From: a virus | Strand: one strand, 5' to 3' | IMG/VR virus record: IMGVR_UViG_3300034068_001120 | Span: 1-64,000 of that record | Length of the DNA stretch: 64,000 nucleotides | Part shown: positions 1 to 10,805 of the stretch, piece after piece | Layout of the letters: each line of letters opens with the position of its first letter | Position numbering within the stretch: position 1 is the stretch's first letter | Position numbers and translations under genes: made by a program | Notes under the pieces: model-generated | The model's database searches: none | What the model was told of the DNA's origin: nothing | The model's input: the letters and a program-made list of their open reading frames with translations, nothing else

Positions 1-1138
1 CATCGTTAAATGATTCTTCGACTATATCTGAAGAAGTCTTTGGTTGAATTGGCTTATTACCAATACTTCCAATGTTTTCTTTGATTGTAGTTAATTTTTC
101 GGCGAATTGTTCAACTGTTTCGAATTCAATATCTTCGGCAAGTGCACGAAGTTTTTCAGAATCCGTATCAGTTAAACCTTCAGAAATATCTCGAAGCAAA
201 ATTTCGCAATGAAGTTGTTCATTTTGTTCTGCGAGATGCAGGGTATCTTGAATTTGTTCATCAAGTTCTGTTTCTAGTGAAGAACAAGATTCAACTGCTT
301 CTTCTAGAAGATCAAGTCTTTCTTCTGGAACTTCGATATATGATTCGGCAAAGAGTTCACGAAGATTTCCAATGAATTGCTCGGTTACTTCTGTTCGCAG
401 ACCAGAGTCCACGGCAAGACGATTTTCCTGCATCCATTCTTCAACAACATAATTCAAATATTGATCAATGCGTTCAACAAGTTCTTCGGTAACTGATTCG
501 GTGTGTTCTTCGAGAAGAGCCTCGTAATCAGCCTGAAGTTCTTCTGTGATTGCACTAACACGGCTCGAGACATGTGCCTCGAAGAGTGTTGTTGCCTTTG
601 TGACAAATTCTTCAGAAAGATTCTGTCCTGCAAGAAGAGTTTCAATTCCTTGAACTTCTTCTGTGGTTGCCTTGGCATCACTCTTCTTTGCCTTAATTGT
701 GGCACGATTCTTCTCGACAGATGCACCCGTTGGTTCTGCAATTAGAACGGTCTTACCATTGGCTGTCATTTGCTTACCATTGATTGCTTCTGCTGCTTCG
801 TTTTTCATATTTTTTTCTTTCTTAGTTTCTTTTTTATCTTCTGCTTTATCTTCTTTGGAATCTTTGCCTTTTTTCTTGCCCATGAACTTCTTCAAGAATG
901 CAGGAAGTTTCTTTTCCTTTTTATCTTCTTCTTCTGCAGCATCTTCTTGATCGCCATCATCGACGGCTGATGCTACTTCTTCGAGTTCTTCAATCTCTTC
1001 TTCAAGATCTTCTGCCACATCACCCTCGAGGTCTTCGTCTCCCTCTACTTCGTCGTTGACTTCTTCAACGACTTCTTGGTCGAATGATTCGCCCAATATT
1101 ACTTTACGAATGACATCTTCAATTTTTTCTCGTGACAT
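1..1138 (-). CDS. gp22: Prohead core scaffold protein (partial, runs off the left edge; absent from the ORF track)
   Basis: Manual translation from ATG 1138 (SD AAGGAG upstream): MSREKIEDVIRK...FVTKATTLFEA...IDQYLNYVVEEWMQENRLAVDSGLRTE...ESYIEVPEE, the conserved gp22 core; follows gp21. Confidence 0.93.
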   Translation of the reverse strand, partial: MSREKIEDVIRKVILGESFDQEVVEEVNDEVEGDEDLEGDVAEDLEEEIEELEEVASAVDDGDQEDAAEEEDKKEKKLPAFLKKFMGKKKGKDSKEDKAEDKKETKKEKNMKNEAAEAINGKQMTANGKTVLIAEPTGASVEKNRATIKAKKSDAKATTEEVQGIETLLAGQNLSEEFVTKATTLFEAHVSSRVSAITEELQADYEALLEEHTESVTEELVERIDQYLNYVVEEWMQENRLAVDSGLRTEVTEQFIGNLRELFAESYIEVPEERLDLLEEAVESCSSLETELDEQIQDTLHLAEQNEQLHCEILLRDISEGLTDTDSEKLRALAEDIEFETVEQFAEKLTTIKENIGSIGNKPIQPKTSSDIVEESFND

Positions 1139-1173
1139 GACAGTGAATCTCCTTTGGAATATATGTAGACGAA

Positions 1174-1815
1174 TTAAAGTTTTGATACAAAATCGGCGTA
1201 TAGCTTCATCATTTGTTCTTCTAGGTTTCTAGAAGCGGTATTTTCAATGATTTTCTTATAAGAATCAATGACAATTGGCTTGATTATTCCATTGTCCCAG
1301 ATCCATTCTTTTCCTTCCATTATGCCATTTACAAAGGCATTTGGGGCAGATGGATCTGCCACCACATCGACCGAGGCAAGCATAAAGTCTTCTTGAACTA
1401 TGTTGACTCCTTCGTGTTCTTTGAGAGATCCCATGCCTCTTGAAGAAACTCCAAGTTTGGCACCTTCATCCATCAAATTTTTAACTATTTTTCCGTATGG
1501 CGTATCTAGAATCTTGGCTCGGCCGTATACGTCATTTCCTTCAACTCTGAGTTCTTTAATAATATGAGAGACTCGATCTAGATTTATTGACGGGCCTTCT
1601 GGATGACCCATTTCACCCATTGCTCTATTTTGTAGAACATATTCATTATTATATCGAGTAACCTCATTGTTCATTGTTGTTGAAGGATACATTCTGCCAT
1701 TGCGATTCTTGGTCTCGCTCTGCATGAAAATACCTTCAATAAAATAATTCTTCGCACCATTCTTTTCTTCGGTAAGAAGTTTTACACTGAGAGTTGTTTC
1801 CGTAATTAATTTCAT
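1174..1815 (-). CDS. gp21: Prohead core protease
   Basis: MKLITE, YFIEGIFMQ, NRNGRMYP, GEMGHP, GVSSRGMGSL, DVVADPSAPNAFV motifs. Confidence 0.97.
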   Translation of the reverse strand: MKLITETTLSVKLLTEEKNGAKNYFIEGIFMQSETKNRNGRMYPSTTMNNEVTRYNNEYVLQNRAMGEMGHPEGPSINLDRVSHIIKELRVEGNDVYGRAKILDTPYGKIVKNLMDEGAKLGVSSRGMGSLKEHEGVNIVQEDFMLASVDVVADPSAPNAFVNGIMEGKEWIWDNGIIKPIVIDSYKKIIENTASRNLEEQMMKLYADFVSKL

Positions 1816-2198
1816 TTCTTCAGTATTCTGGCTGTTGCCTTGTGTATTCCACTAGTTCTTTTTATAAGCTCGTCTGCGTGGAGGTCTTTTATTCTGTGAT
1901 TTTGCTGAAACAGTGGCTTGCTCAGTTCCGCGTGGATCCCTTCCGCCGACCTTTGTGCTCGCCGATTCGCCTTTTTCATATACCGTCCCAATAACTCAGG
2001 ACTCAATTCATCAAGTTGTTTTGTTTCTTCTTTAATAATTTCTTCTGATTCCTCAGGCGTATTGAACATGGATTTGGTTATTTCATATCGAGCCTCGTCC
2101 ATTGCAAGACTTGACTTTGCATACAATGAACCAAAGATCAAACCCTTTGCTTCTGTGAAATTCTTTAATACTAGTGCTCGTGCGATTTGTTTATTCAT
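1812..2198 (-). CDS. Probable prohead core protein (gp68 position)
   Basis: Lies between gp20 and gp21; LDELSPELLGRYMKKA motif of the type seen in T4-like head-internal proteins. Confidence 0.55.
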   Translation of the reverse strand: MNKQIARALVLKNFTEAKGLIFGSLYAKSSLAMDEARYEITKSMFNTPEESEEIIKEETKQLDELSPELLGRYMKKANRRAQRSAEGIHAELSKPLFQQNHRIKDLHADELIKRTSGIHKATARILKK

Positions 2199-2218
2199 GT
2201 GTCTCCTGAGAATACTAT

Positions 2219-2407
2219 TTATTTAGTAATATCTTCATCTTCGGTATTGTTCTCGTCCTCAATATTTGAGGATTTGTCCATATAAAATAAAGAATTCGAT
2301 ATATTTCTTCGTTCTGTGTCTAATTTTTCTCGAACTTTGTCTTTGAGTTGACTGAAAATAGCCGTCTGAAAGTCCCCAAATCCCATATCTTCTTCATCAT
2401 TGCTCAT
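2219..2407 (-). CDS. Small acidic prohead core protein (gp67 position)
   Basis: Acidic 62 aa ORF overlapping the portal stop codon; synteny. Confidence 0.55.
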   Translation of the reverse strand: MSNDEEDMGFGDFQTAIFSQLKDKVREKLDTERRNISNSLFYMDKSSNIEDENNTEDEDITK

Positions 2408-4068
2408 TTTGATTTACCTTTCGGTGGCACTATTTCGCCAATTGTGACATCTCTCTTCTTTGGTTGTTCCGAAGCAACAGAGGCTGGTTTAGATCCACCT
2501 GCTGGCTCTGGACTTGGAGGTGCATTTACATCTTGACCACCCTGAGGAACAATTGTTCCTTCTTGGGTCTCGGCGTTAATCTCGGCATCAATTGCATTCA
2601 TATCTTCATCTGTTTGACGTAGAATATGCTTACGAATCCAATTTCTTGAATAATATCGTCCAACAAAATCTTCTGCATCTCTTGCCGATGTCATTCTATC
2701 TCGCAATACTTCAGATTCTTTGAGTTCTGTAAAGTGAGAATCTTTATTAAATTGAAAAACCAGATTTGATTCTATATCTTTCCATTCATCTTCTCGGATT
2801 ACACCTTTAAGAATTAATTGAACTCGCATCAGTTCTGAAATCAATTCACTGAACTTCATACGAAGTCGTTCAATAAATTTAAAGAATTTCACTTCATCTC
2901 TTGAAATTTCTGATGCTCTTCCCAGATTAAATCCAGATTGTTCTTCTAATCTAGAAGCAGGAACATTCAATGCTTGAAATAATTTCTTCTGGAAATACTT
3001 AACATCATCCATTTCTCCAAGATTCTGTCCAGCAGGCATTGTAGTGATTTCTGTGCCTTTTCCGCCTTCACGGCGTGGCATCCAAAAATCCTCAATCATG
3101 GATAGATGTTTTCTACTATCTCCAATTTCACCTGTAGATGGATCATATATTAACTTGTTGCGATATCGTCGCATAAGACCACTAACATATTCTTCTGCTT
3201 TTGCCTTTGGTAAATTGCCTACATCTACATAAAAAATTCTGCGTTCTGGTGCTCGTGTTATTCTGTAAATAACAATAGCATCTTCAATCATTCGCAATTG
3301 ATTTAATGATTTAATTGCTTTATGCAAATATCCAATAATTTTCTTTCGTCGTGCGTCATACAATCCAGAATGAGCAAAGCAAATGGCATCTGGAGAAATA
3401 CGCAAGCCTTCAAGTTGTCCGCCAATATTTCCAGAAGCAGTTGTGGATGATTCATTTTCACTGAACACATAAAATTCTTCAACTGATGTTACTAGATTGG
3501 CTCCAGTTGGCGCGCCTTGTATCAACGGCTTTTTATGAATCTTGCGAATTTTTCGTATTTTTATAGGATCAATTGGACGCAATTCCATGATGCCGTTCTT
3601 CTTTTGTTTTTCGTCTACAATAATATGATAATATATTCTACCATCAACATACCATCTTCGGAATATTTCATATCCTCGTTTAGACATATTCAACAATCTC
3701 AGAATTTCATGAAATTCTTCTTCTATTTTAGTTTTAATACTAGACGGTAGTTTTAACTTTGCAACATCTAGTTTAATGATCTCATATGATTCGTCATAGA
3801 CAATTGCTTCATTGCAAATATCATTAATGGCGGTTTCTGCTTCCGGTTGCAGTGCCATATCACGATACTTGTGAATTAATTCTATGTCGGTTTTTATGGA
3901 TCCGTCAAAATCAACATATGCGCCATAGTAGCCACCTGCTTCTACAGGATATGCGCCATCGTCGTAATCAGGTGCGACAAATGAAACCGCTTTGGAATTT
4001 GCGGGCTTATCGTCGGGATCTTTTCCGGGATTCTTGCCTAATATCAATCCGAATAAATTAAATGCCAT
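2404..4068 (-). CDS. gp20: Portal vertex protein
   Basis: FRRWYVDGRIYYH, NQLRMIEDAIVIYRITRAPERRIFYVDVGNLPK, EDFWMPRREGGKGTEI; start taken at MAFNLF (4083 is the alternative). Confidence 0.98.
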   Translation of the reverse strand: MAFNLFGLILGKNPGKDPDDKPANSKAVSFVAPDYDDGAYPVEAGGYYGAYVDFDGSIKTDIELIHKYRDMALQPEAETAINDICNEAIVYDESYEIIKLDVAKLKLPSSIKTKIEEEFHEILRLLNMSKRGYEIFRRWYVDGRIYYHIIVDEKQKKNGIMELRPIDPIKIRKIRKIHKKPLIQGAPTGANLVTSVEEFYVFSENESSTTASGNIGGQLEGLRISPDAICFAHSGLYDARRKKIIGYLHKAIKSLNQLRMIEDAIVIYRITRAPERRIFYVDVGNLPKAKAEEYVSGLMRRYRNKLIYDPSTGEIGDSRKHLSMIEDFWMPRREGGKGTEITTMPAGQNLGEMDDVKYFQKKLFQALNVPASRLEEQSGFNLGRASEISRDEVKFFKFIERLRMKFSELISELMRVQLILKGVIREDEWKDIESNLVFQFNKDSHFTELKESEVLRDRMTSARDAEDFVGRYYSRNWIRKHILRQTDEDMNAIDAEINAETQEGTIVPQGGQDVNAPPSPEPAGGSKPASVASEQPKKRDVTIGEIVPPKGKSK

Positions 4069-4097
4069 AAATGTAAAGTCCAATCAAAAAAGGTGAA

Positions 4098-4706
4098 TTA
4101 ACCGAAACCGACGCTGCTTGGAATACCGAAGAATTGCAGAATAGACGTGATGGCATCTCCACCACCAGAAGGTGCGGATCCTCCTTCTACTGCTTCCCAC
4201 CACGAATAATTAAGGGTGACAGGAAACTCTGCGATTTGATCGTTATTGTCGAATGCCATATCAATTGGACCAATATCAGATGGAAAGCATCCAAAGAACG
4301 AATATGTTCTTAGTGCATCACCTGTTCTGAGCAATTGTGTAATGCTCCATGTTGGCATTATAGCAAACATGTTATTGTCTCCAACGTTTCCCTTATGAGA
4401 ATTGAACTGAGAACTCCAATGCTCAAAATGACTTCTGAGTTTCATTGAAGCATCAGAGATAATAGTGATTTGCCAATCCTGAAATGTTCGATCTCCAGGA
4501 ATTCTAATTTTTCGTCCACGATATGGAACTTCTATGGTTCCAAGTGAAGAAGCAGGAATTGATGCTGCTTTGCACAAAAATGCGATGTTTCGACCGTCAG
4601 GATATCCTGGAATAGTTCCAGATACCTTGAACAAATTTGTGCGAAGACCTCCACCAGAGAAGGCGTTGACGAAACCCGAAATATTATTGCTTGGATCTAC
4701 TGGCAT
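4098..4706 (-). CDS. gp19: Tail tube protein
   Basis: GGGLRTNLF, FLCKAASIPAS, VPYRGRKIRIPGDRTF, GCFPSDIG; directly after the sheath gene. Confidence 0.96.
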   Translation of the reverse strand: MPVDPSNNISGFVNAFSGGGLRTNLFKVSGTIPGYPDGRNIAFLCKAASIPASSLGTIEVPYRGRKIRIPGDRTFQDWQITIISDASMKLRSHFEHWSSQFNSHKGNVGDNNMFAIMPTWSITQLLRTGDALRTYSFFGCFPSDIGPIDMAFDNNDQIAEFPVTLNYSWWEAVEGGSAPSGGGDAITSILQFFGIPSSVGFG

Positions 4707-4744
4707 TTGTGTGTACTACTCCTTTTATATGTAGTATGCTAAAC

Positions 4745-6829
4745 TTAGGCTCCGACGACTTCAGAAAAATTTACCCCGGTTCTGGTTGCAATGAAATTCA
4801 ACTGAATGAAATTAATGGATCGAGTTGGTTTGATGTAGATGTCTGCAACAAACTCATTGCGATCAATGACTTCTCCAGTATTATTAGTATCATCACACAC
4901 CACCAAGAAATCCGTAATTCCTCGGCGTTGTTGAACTGTTCGTAGGAACGGAACAACCAGATTCTTAAATTGTACTCGAGTGAATTGATCATTCTGTTCA
5001 AACAAGAAATACTTTGATGCAATTGCAATTGCCTTCTCTAGAACAATGAACAATCGTCGTACATTTATACGATCAAACGCAGATGGGCGTGTCTGCATTG
5101 TCTTGTCTCCAAACAGAATCGTTCCTTGACCAGGAAAGGACACAACGGGATTTACTTGCTTTTGGTAAAGTTCATCTCTGTGTGCTTCTGATGATGGATT
5201 ATAAGGCAACTTAACAACATTCTTAATTTGACCACGATTAAATCCTGCTGGACTAAACCAAGCCTCATTCGTGAATTCTGTTCGTGCCACAAGACCTGCA
5301 ATATCTGGATTAAGTGGCATAGCTCGAACAACATTATTATATGTGTCCAGTTGCAATTTCCATCCACTGTCCATTACTGCATAAGATGAATTAATATTAA
5401 GCGAATTCTCTCTATATGTTTTAATGTTATTAAGAGCCGCATACGGAAGTGCATTTACTACACTTGCAGCCGAAGGCGATGCAAATGCCATACAATCTTT
5501 GCGTGGTTCCACAATGTTTTGTATAATCATTGTAGCCAAAGTAGAACTTGCGTCGCCAAGAGGCATAAGAGAAACGTCTACTTCATCTGGATTTGCAAAA
5601 TTCATCCAACCACTAGTATATCTTTCGGAATCTGTTGGAGCGGTATCGCTTGCTCCGTCGAGATTAACACACAACACATTAGTATTAACCAACGAATTGG
5701 ACTTTGATACTGATGTTATTGCTGATAGATTTCCAAAGGTGGCGGAAGCCAATTGCGCTGTTCCTGATGAAGAACCAAGATCAACTGGCAATGCCCAAAT
5801 ATATTCCGACTGGTTATTGATAACTGTTTTCCAGTAATTGCTAGATCCATCGGAATTTACTGCATCCGATGCTCTGGAAACGCCTTCGAATTTTTCTATA
5901 ACACTACCAGCAACTCCAGTCCACAATCCCAATTTATCGCTGATTACAACATTAATCAGATCATTGCTTCCACCCTTTGAGGCTGCATCGCTAGTAGAAG
6001 TTGCAGTTGTCGAGACTTGTCGTGCATAAGCAGACTTAATCGTCATTGTGGCACCAGCAGCCTGAGTCACTGGAATTCCACCATCCACAAACAAATTCAA
6101 GTAACCGAATGTTGGTCCCGCTGGAAGTGCCATGTCCCATCCAGAAGTAACTCCAAAGAAATTACGAAATGTAGCAGTTACAGCAACCGATGTTGGAGCC
6201 GCAGAAGATCCAATTACTCGTGTAACGCCATTCAAGGTAGCAGAAGTACCATCATCAAAGGTAATCAAGTCACCGACACTGAAGCTTCTGGCTTCCGATG
6301 TGGATCCAACGTACATTCTAAGGAATGTTGCACCTGCTGTAGCCTGATAAGCAAGACTCGCTCCTGTAGTTCCAGCACCACTCACAACAGCGCATTGAAT
6401 ACTATTTCCAAGAACACCTGGATATTTTGAAGCAAATAGTGCAGGAAGAGTTAGGCTTGGTAGAGTTGTATTGACCAAAACTGAAGTTGCAAAACTTGTT
6501 GCATTTGGAATTTGTGCTGTTGCGTAAGCAGTAACACCAGTAACAGTGCAAGTTGCATTGTATGCCGTTGCTCCCAAAGCACGAACAACTCCGCAATTAT
6601 TTCCATATCCTAGGAAATTTGCAACACTGAAAAAGTCAACATAATTGGATGTGTCTGGTTTGCCAAAAATATTAACAAGTTCTGTTTGATTTGTAACAGT
6701 GATTACTTCATTTCCTGGACCCCAATGAAAATATCCAGCAAATCCACCAGGAGTGGATGCCACGGCAGGGATAATTGCGGTCAAATCTTTTTCTGTTATG
6801 CTTACGCCAGGGCTAACTCTAAATCCCAT
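4745..6829 (-). CDS. gp18: Tail sheath protein
   Basis: SPGVSITEKDLT, WFSPAGFNRG, LFGDKT, SAFDRINVRRLF, YIKPTRSINFIQLNF. Confidence 0.98.
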   Translation of the reverse strand: MGFRVSPGVSITEKDLTAIIPAVASTPGGFAGYFHWGPGNEVITVTNQTELVNIFGKPDTSNYVDFFSVANFLGYGNNCGVVRALGATAYNATCTVTGVTAYATAQIPNATSFATSVLVNTTLPSLTLPALFASKYPGVLGNSIQCAVVSGAGTTGASLAYQATAGATFLRMYVGSTSEARSFSVGDLITFDDGTSATLNGVTRVIGSSAAPTSVAVTATFRNFFGVTSGWDMALPAGPTFGYLNLFVDGGIPVTQAAGATMTIKSAYARQVSTTATSTSDAASKGGSNDLINVVISDKLGLWTGVAGSVIEKFEGVSRASDAVNSDGSSNYWKTVINNQSEYIWALPVDLGSSSGTAQLASATFGNLSAITSVSKSNSLVNTNVLCVNLDGASDTAPTDSERYTSGWMNFANPDEVDVSLMPLGDASSTLATMIIQNIVEPRKDCMAFASPSAASVVNALPYAALNNIKTYRENSLNINSSYAVMDSGWKLQLDTYNNVVRAMPLNPDIAGLVARTEFTNEAWFSPAGFNRGQIKNVVKLPYNPSSEAHRDELYQKQVNPVVSFPGQGTILFGDKTMQTRPSAFDRINVRRLFIVLEKAIAIASKYFLFEQNDQFTRVQFKNLVVPFLRTVQQRRGITDFLVVCDDTNNTGEVIDRNEFVADIYIKPTRSINFIQLNFIATRTGVNFSEVVGA

Positions 6830-6901
6830 TTTAGTATCTCCTTAGTGAATTCTGTAGTCTGTTCTGTATTATGTATTATTTTTCTATTCTTGGATTAGCC
6901 T

Positions 6902-8575
6902 TTAGCCCCATTGATTATTTCTATTTTTTGTGTCTCCTATGTCCCAAATATTGCCTCTATCGTCTATATGATGAGTTTCTCCCAATCCATCATCCATAAA
7001 CCCAAAAGGAGTCATTTCATCTTCCAAATTTTTCATTTGATCTTCGTATAGATCTTTTCTAATATCTAATCCAGTTAAATCTTTAAAATATTCCTGAGTG
7101 GTCAACCAAGCAAACAACACCAAAGTCATTGCCAAATCATCATGATGTCCATCTTCTGCTTCGTAAGATTCTCCTTTTGCCACAAAAGAGCATAACTCTT
7201 CTACTATGGCGTAATCCTCGATTATGAGTTTATTGTCTTCAATTAAATTTTTCAGAATAGAACAGCCTATTCGTTTTACTGCCGAAGAAGTTCTGACTCC
7301 CATAAAAGAAGATCCACTCTTTCCGAATCCACCATTTACGACCTGTCCTTTTCTACCAAGCATTTGGACATGAATAAGATTCTCGTATTCCATGTCCTTA
7401 TGCAAGATATCTGCTACTTGCTGACCAAGATCATTAATCTCAACTAAAATATACGATCTATTATATTGTCTTGCCACAGGATATATGGCATTAGGATAAA
7501 GCATGGGAGCCAATTCATTGTTTCTAAAAGTTGCCGCTATTTGATAAGGAAATATAGTAATATCAACAACAACAAACGCATGATAATCTTGTCCTTGTCC
7601 TCTTGAAGTATCTACAACTATAACATACCGATGTTCGGGTATTGGTTTATGATATATCTTTAATCCTTCGGCATTAGAAAATATAGGAGTAGAATATGCC
7701 AGTGTCTTTAATCTGTCGGGTGTTATGAGTGTTCTCATAGATCCAAGAAACTGACACTCGAATTCTGTGGTAAATTGATCTAAAGAAGTATTGGCAATTG
7801 TTTGTTTCTTCCAATTATCGTCTCTTCCAGGAACATCTCGCCAATCTACTTCTATTGGAACATATTCGTTTTTTCCTTCTTCTCCTTCTTTCTTGTTTGC
7901 ATCAACCCAAAACTTATAAAACATATTCAATCCCTTTGGAGTTGAAATCATTACAACCTTTGTGCTTTGTCCACTTGTAATGGTGGGATACACCGAAGAA
8001 AAGAATTCTTCTGAAACATTCTGGGGAACGTAGGCAAATTCATCGAGTAGCAAAAAATTATACGATCCACCACGAACAGCCGAAGAAGAAGTTGCACTTG
8101 CAAGAACTTTAGAGCCATTTTCCAGAACAATAGATCCTTTATTCCATTCTACTACTCCTTGTTGTAACCACAACGGCAAAAATTCATATGCCATTTTTAA
8201 TCTGCCCAATAATTCTCTTGCAGTAGTAAGTTTGTTGGCAAGAATAGCAACATTCATACTTTGATTAAATAAGATATAATGAAGTAAATAAGAGGTGATT
8301 GTGGTGGACTTTCCACTTTGGCGTGGACACTTTGCAATAACAAATCTGTTGCGATGCACGGTTTCTATCATATCCTCTTGAAAATCATATAGAGAGAATG
8401 GAATGGTTCCTTTATCCAAAGAGATAATTTTTACATAATTCTTAATAAAATATACAGGATCTTGAGAACATCGAACATATTCTTCAATTTGTTTTTCTGA
8501 AAAATTTATAGTAACACCTGCTGCCTTCAGATTGGCATTTCCCATGTATTTTTGACTATTCTGCTTATTCGTCAT
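6902..8575 (-). CDS. gp17: Terminase large subunit
   Basis: YMGNANLK, PRQSGKST Walker A, LLLDEFAYV Walker B, STPKG, VDTSRG, HDDLAM nuclease motifs. Confidence 0.98.
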   Translation of the reverse strand: MTNKQNSQKYMGNANLKAAGVTINFSEKQIEEYVRCSQDPVYFIKNYVKIISLDKGTIPFSLYDFQEDMIETVHRNRFVIAKCPRQSGKSTTITSYLLHYILFNQSMNVAILANKLTTARELLGRLKMAYEFLPLWLQQGVVEWNKGSIVLENGSKVLASATSSSAVRGGSYNFLLLDEFAYVPQNVSEEFFSSVYPTITSGQSTKVVMISTPKGLNMFYKFWVDANKKEGEEGKNEYVPIEVDWRDVPGRDDNWKKQTIANTSLDQFTTEFECQFLGSMRTLITPDRLKTLAYSTPIFSNAEGLKIYHKPIPEHRYVIVVDTSRGQGQDYHAFVVVDITIFPYQIAATFRNNELAPMLYPNAIYPVARQYNRSYILVEINDLGQQVADILHKDMEYENLIHVQMLGRKGQVVNGGFGKSGSSFMGVRTSSAVKRIGCSILKNLIEDNKLIIEDYAIVEELCSFVAKGESYEAEDGHHDDLAMTLVLFAWLTTQEYFKDLTGLDIRKDLYEDQMKNLEDEMTPFGFMDDGLGETHHIDDRGNIWDIGDTKNRNNQWG

Positions 8576-9068
8576 CTGTATTGTCTTTTTGGTTTTGAAT
8601 AGTCTCTAGAATATCTGGTCGGTTGTCAAATGCCTTGGTAGAGGATCGTGCTGTGTTTATAATGTCTTGTAGTTCTTTTGTGGATCCAACATATATGGAA
8701 TTAGTAGTATTTGATATTTTGTTGATTGTAGTTTCTTTTCGAATCGTTTTAATTTTTTCGTGTAGATTCATTATTTCTTGATTTGCATCTGAAAGAGATT
8801 TAATCATTTGCGCCACTACCTCATATGCTCGTGGAGAATCTCCTTCTAGAGCAACGGCCAAAACACCATCCAATGCACCTTTTCCGACTTCAACTAGTTC
8901 TCGTAAGTTTTTACGAACTGCGTTATAATCTGCATGTAAATCAGATTCTAATTTTTCATCTTTAATAGGAGGCAATTCGGATTTTATTAGTATTGCCTTT
9001 TGAGGAACAACAACATTATCAGGTGATAATCCTAGTGCATTTTCTATTGAATTAAATTCATTAGCCAT
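8565..9068 (-). CDS. gp16: Terminase small subunit
   Basis: DYNAVRKNL, SPRAYEVVAQMIK, IYVGSTKELQ; overlaps the gp17 start. Confidence 0.93.
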   Translation of the reverse strand: MANEFNSIENALGLSPDNVVVPQKAILIKSELPPIKDEKLESDLHADYNAVRKNLRELVEVGKGALDGVLAVALEGDSPRAYEVVAQMIKSLSDANQEIMNLHEKIKTIRKETTINKISNTTNSIYVGSTKELQDIINTARSSTKAFDNRPDILETIQNQKDNTDDE

Positions 9069-9084
9069 AATAAAACACCTTTCA

Positions 9085-9897
9085 TCACCATGGAGCAGTA
9101 GTAATGCCGTTCGGTGGATTTAAATATTCAATATAGGAAGAAGTTGCCGAATATGCAGTTATACCAGAACTGGCTCCCAGTGATCCTGTAACTCCTAGTG
9201 GTCCAGTGATTCCTGTTATAATCGTGGCATAGTCCGCAGTAAGTCCTGATAAATCATCTGAAAATACATCAAAATTATTGAGATTTGCATAAACCGTTCT
9301 GATTTCTTTGTGTGACTTTATTTCACCAAAGATATATGCCTTCATTGTAAAATTAAGAGTAAAGGTTATTACTCGACGAGTAGATAATTCTCCTTCGTAC
9401 TCGTCCTGTGATAATATACCATTCAAATAAACAGGAACATCTAATTTATCATTCACTCCTCCGAAATTTATTGTTACAACAAATTCTGGAGAAAAATACG
9501 GAAGAATTTGTTCAATGATTCTAAGACCATCTTCCATATTTCTAACATGAATATATAATCCAAAATCAATATTGTATGGAACTTCTGCATACGAATAACT
9601 TTGACCAGTTGAATTGGATCGGGATATTGTTTTCGAAAGACTGTTTCTTTTTCTGGCAGGATCATATACGAATCCTGTAATTTCAAAACCAATTCTTGGA
9701 AGAGTGGTTTCCATTTGTTGCTCTTGAAGAGATACAGCAATTCTTGCAAGAAATTTTTCTTTTGCAGAATAAGAAACAGGAACCAGAATCTTTTTGGTTC
9801 CACCGCTTTCTACTCGTTCAATTTCTATACTATTAAAGAGCGAGCCGAATGCCACGACCAATTTTCTAATTGTTCCGTTATAGAAAGATCCGAACAT
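9085..9897 (-). CDS. gp15: Tail sheath stabiliser / tail terminator
   Basis: FYNGTIRKLVVAFGSLFN, LPRIGFEITGFVYD, IIEQILPYF; start moved to MFGSF. Confidence 0.94.
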   Translation of the reverse strand: MFGSFYNGTIRKLVVAFGSLFNSIEIERVESGGTKKILVPVSYSAKEKFLARIAVSLQEQQMETTLPRIGFEITGFVYDPARKRNSLSKTISRSNSTGQSYSYAEVPYNIDFGLYIHVRNMEDGLRIIEQILPYFSPEFVVTINFGGVNDKLDVPVYLNGILSQDEYEGELSTRRVITFTLNFTMKAYIFGEIKSHKEIRTVYANLNNFDVFSDDLSGLTADYATIITGITGPLGVTGSLGASSGITAYSATSSYIEYLNPPNGITTAPW

Positions 9898-9898
9898 T

Positions 9899-10804
9899 CT
9901 AGTACGCTCCTTCGCTAAAAGGATCGGTATCTGTGAAATCAAATATCTGATCTCTATTCGTTTCTAGATCTATTTCATCATTATCTTGTTGGGCCACATT
10001 AGAAACCTTTATGTTGGAATCTGTTATAGAACTGATGACAAATTGCGTTCCAGAAGAATCTCCAGTAACAACATTGCCAACAGAGAATGTGCCTGTTGCC
10101 ATACGAACATTCACGGTAATTGTCTTCGGTGATGTTGTTTTGGCAATAACAGATCCTTGTGCCGATGGTTCTAAGGAACTTCCAACAAATACTCGTTCTC
10201 CCACGGTGTAAGCCGAACCAGTTATTCCAGCCGTGAGCCCAAATATCTGTGCATAATCAGAAGAAAAGAGTGCACCCTGATCTATATCGGTTTGTCCTGT
10301 AATAATTTCTTCTTGATTGTAGATGAATCGCTGACAAGATAATTGAAATATTGACTTTAATCCTAATGGATAGAAAGGCATTTCTTTTTCTACGAATTTT
10401 ATTTCAAAGAATGCCTTGGCATAATCAAAATAAATTAAATCGCCTTCTCTGGGTGATCCTAGTTCTCTGATATTTTGATTGTGAGACATAACTTCAAGAA
10501 ATCTTCGTTGAGAAACAATAAAAGTTCCTTCATCTGGAATTTCTAATCCAAATCGAGAAATTAAATGTCCAGTAGCAGGAGGAGCAGGAGCAAATCCAGC
10601 ATCAGGTGAATTAAAATACATTTCAATTCTATTAATGTCCGTAAACTTAGACACCACATCGCCGAGTAGGGTATCTTGTGATACTAATTCTCGTGGAATG
10701 TAAATATAATCATATCCATGAATTTTAATTGCTTCTATGGTAAGACTATCAATTAATCGTTGTTCACTAGGAACATGCTTTCGAAAATATGGATTCGTTG
10801 TCAT
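9899..10804 (-). CDS. gp14: Neck protein
   Basis: EAIKIHGYDYIYIPR, PREGDLIYF, FEIKFVE, DFTDTDPF. Confidence 0.93.
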   Translation of the reverse strand: MTTNPYFRKHVPSEQRLIDSLTIEAIKIHGYDYIYIPRELVSQDTLLGDVVSKFTDINRIEMYFNSPDAGFAPAPPATGHLISRFGLEIPDEGTFIVSQRRFLEVMSHNQNIRELGSPREGDLIYFDYAKAFFEIKFVEKEMPFYPLGLKSIFQLSCQRFIYNQEEIITGQTDIDQGALFSSDYAQIFGLTAGITGSAYTVGERVFVGSSLEPSAQGSVIAKTTSPKTITVNVRMATGTFSVGNVVTGDSSGTQFVISSITDSNIKVSNVAQQDNDEIDLETNRDQIFDFTDTDPFSEGAY

Positions 10805-10805
10805 T

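Noticed and set aside
142-970. Track ORFs at 142, 454, 503, 663 and 770
   Set aside because: Shadow frames of gp22, which the track missed because it runs off the window
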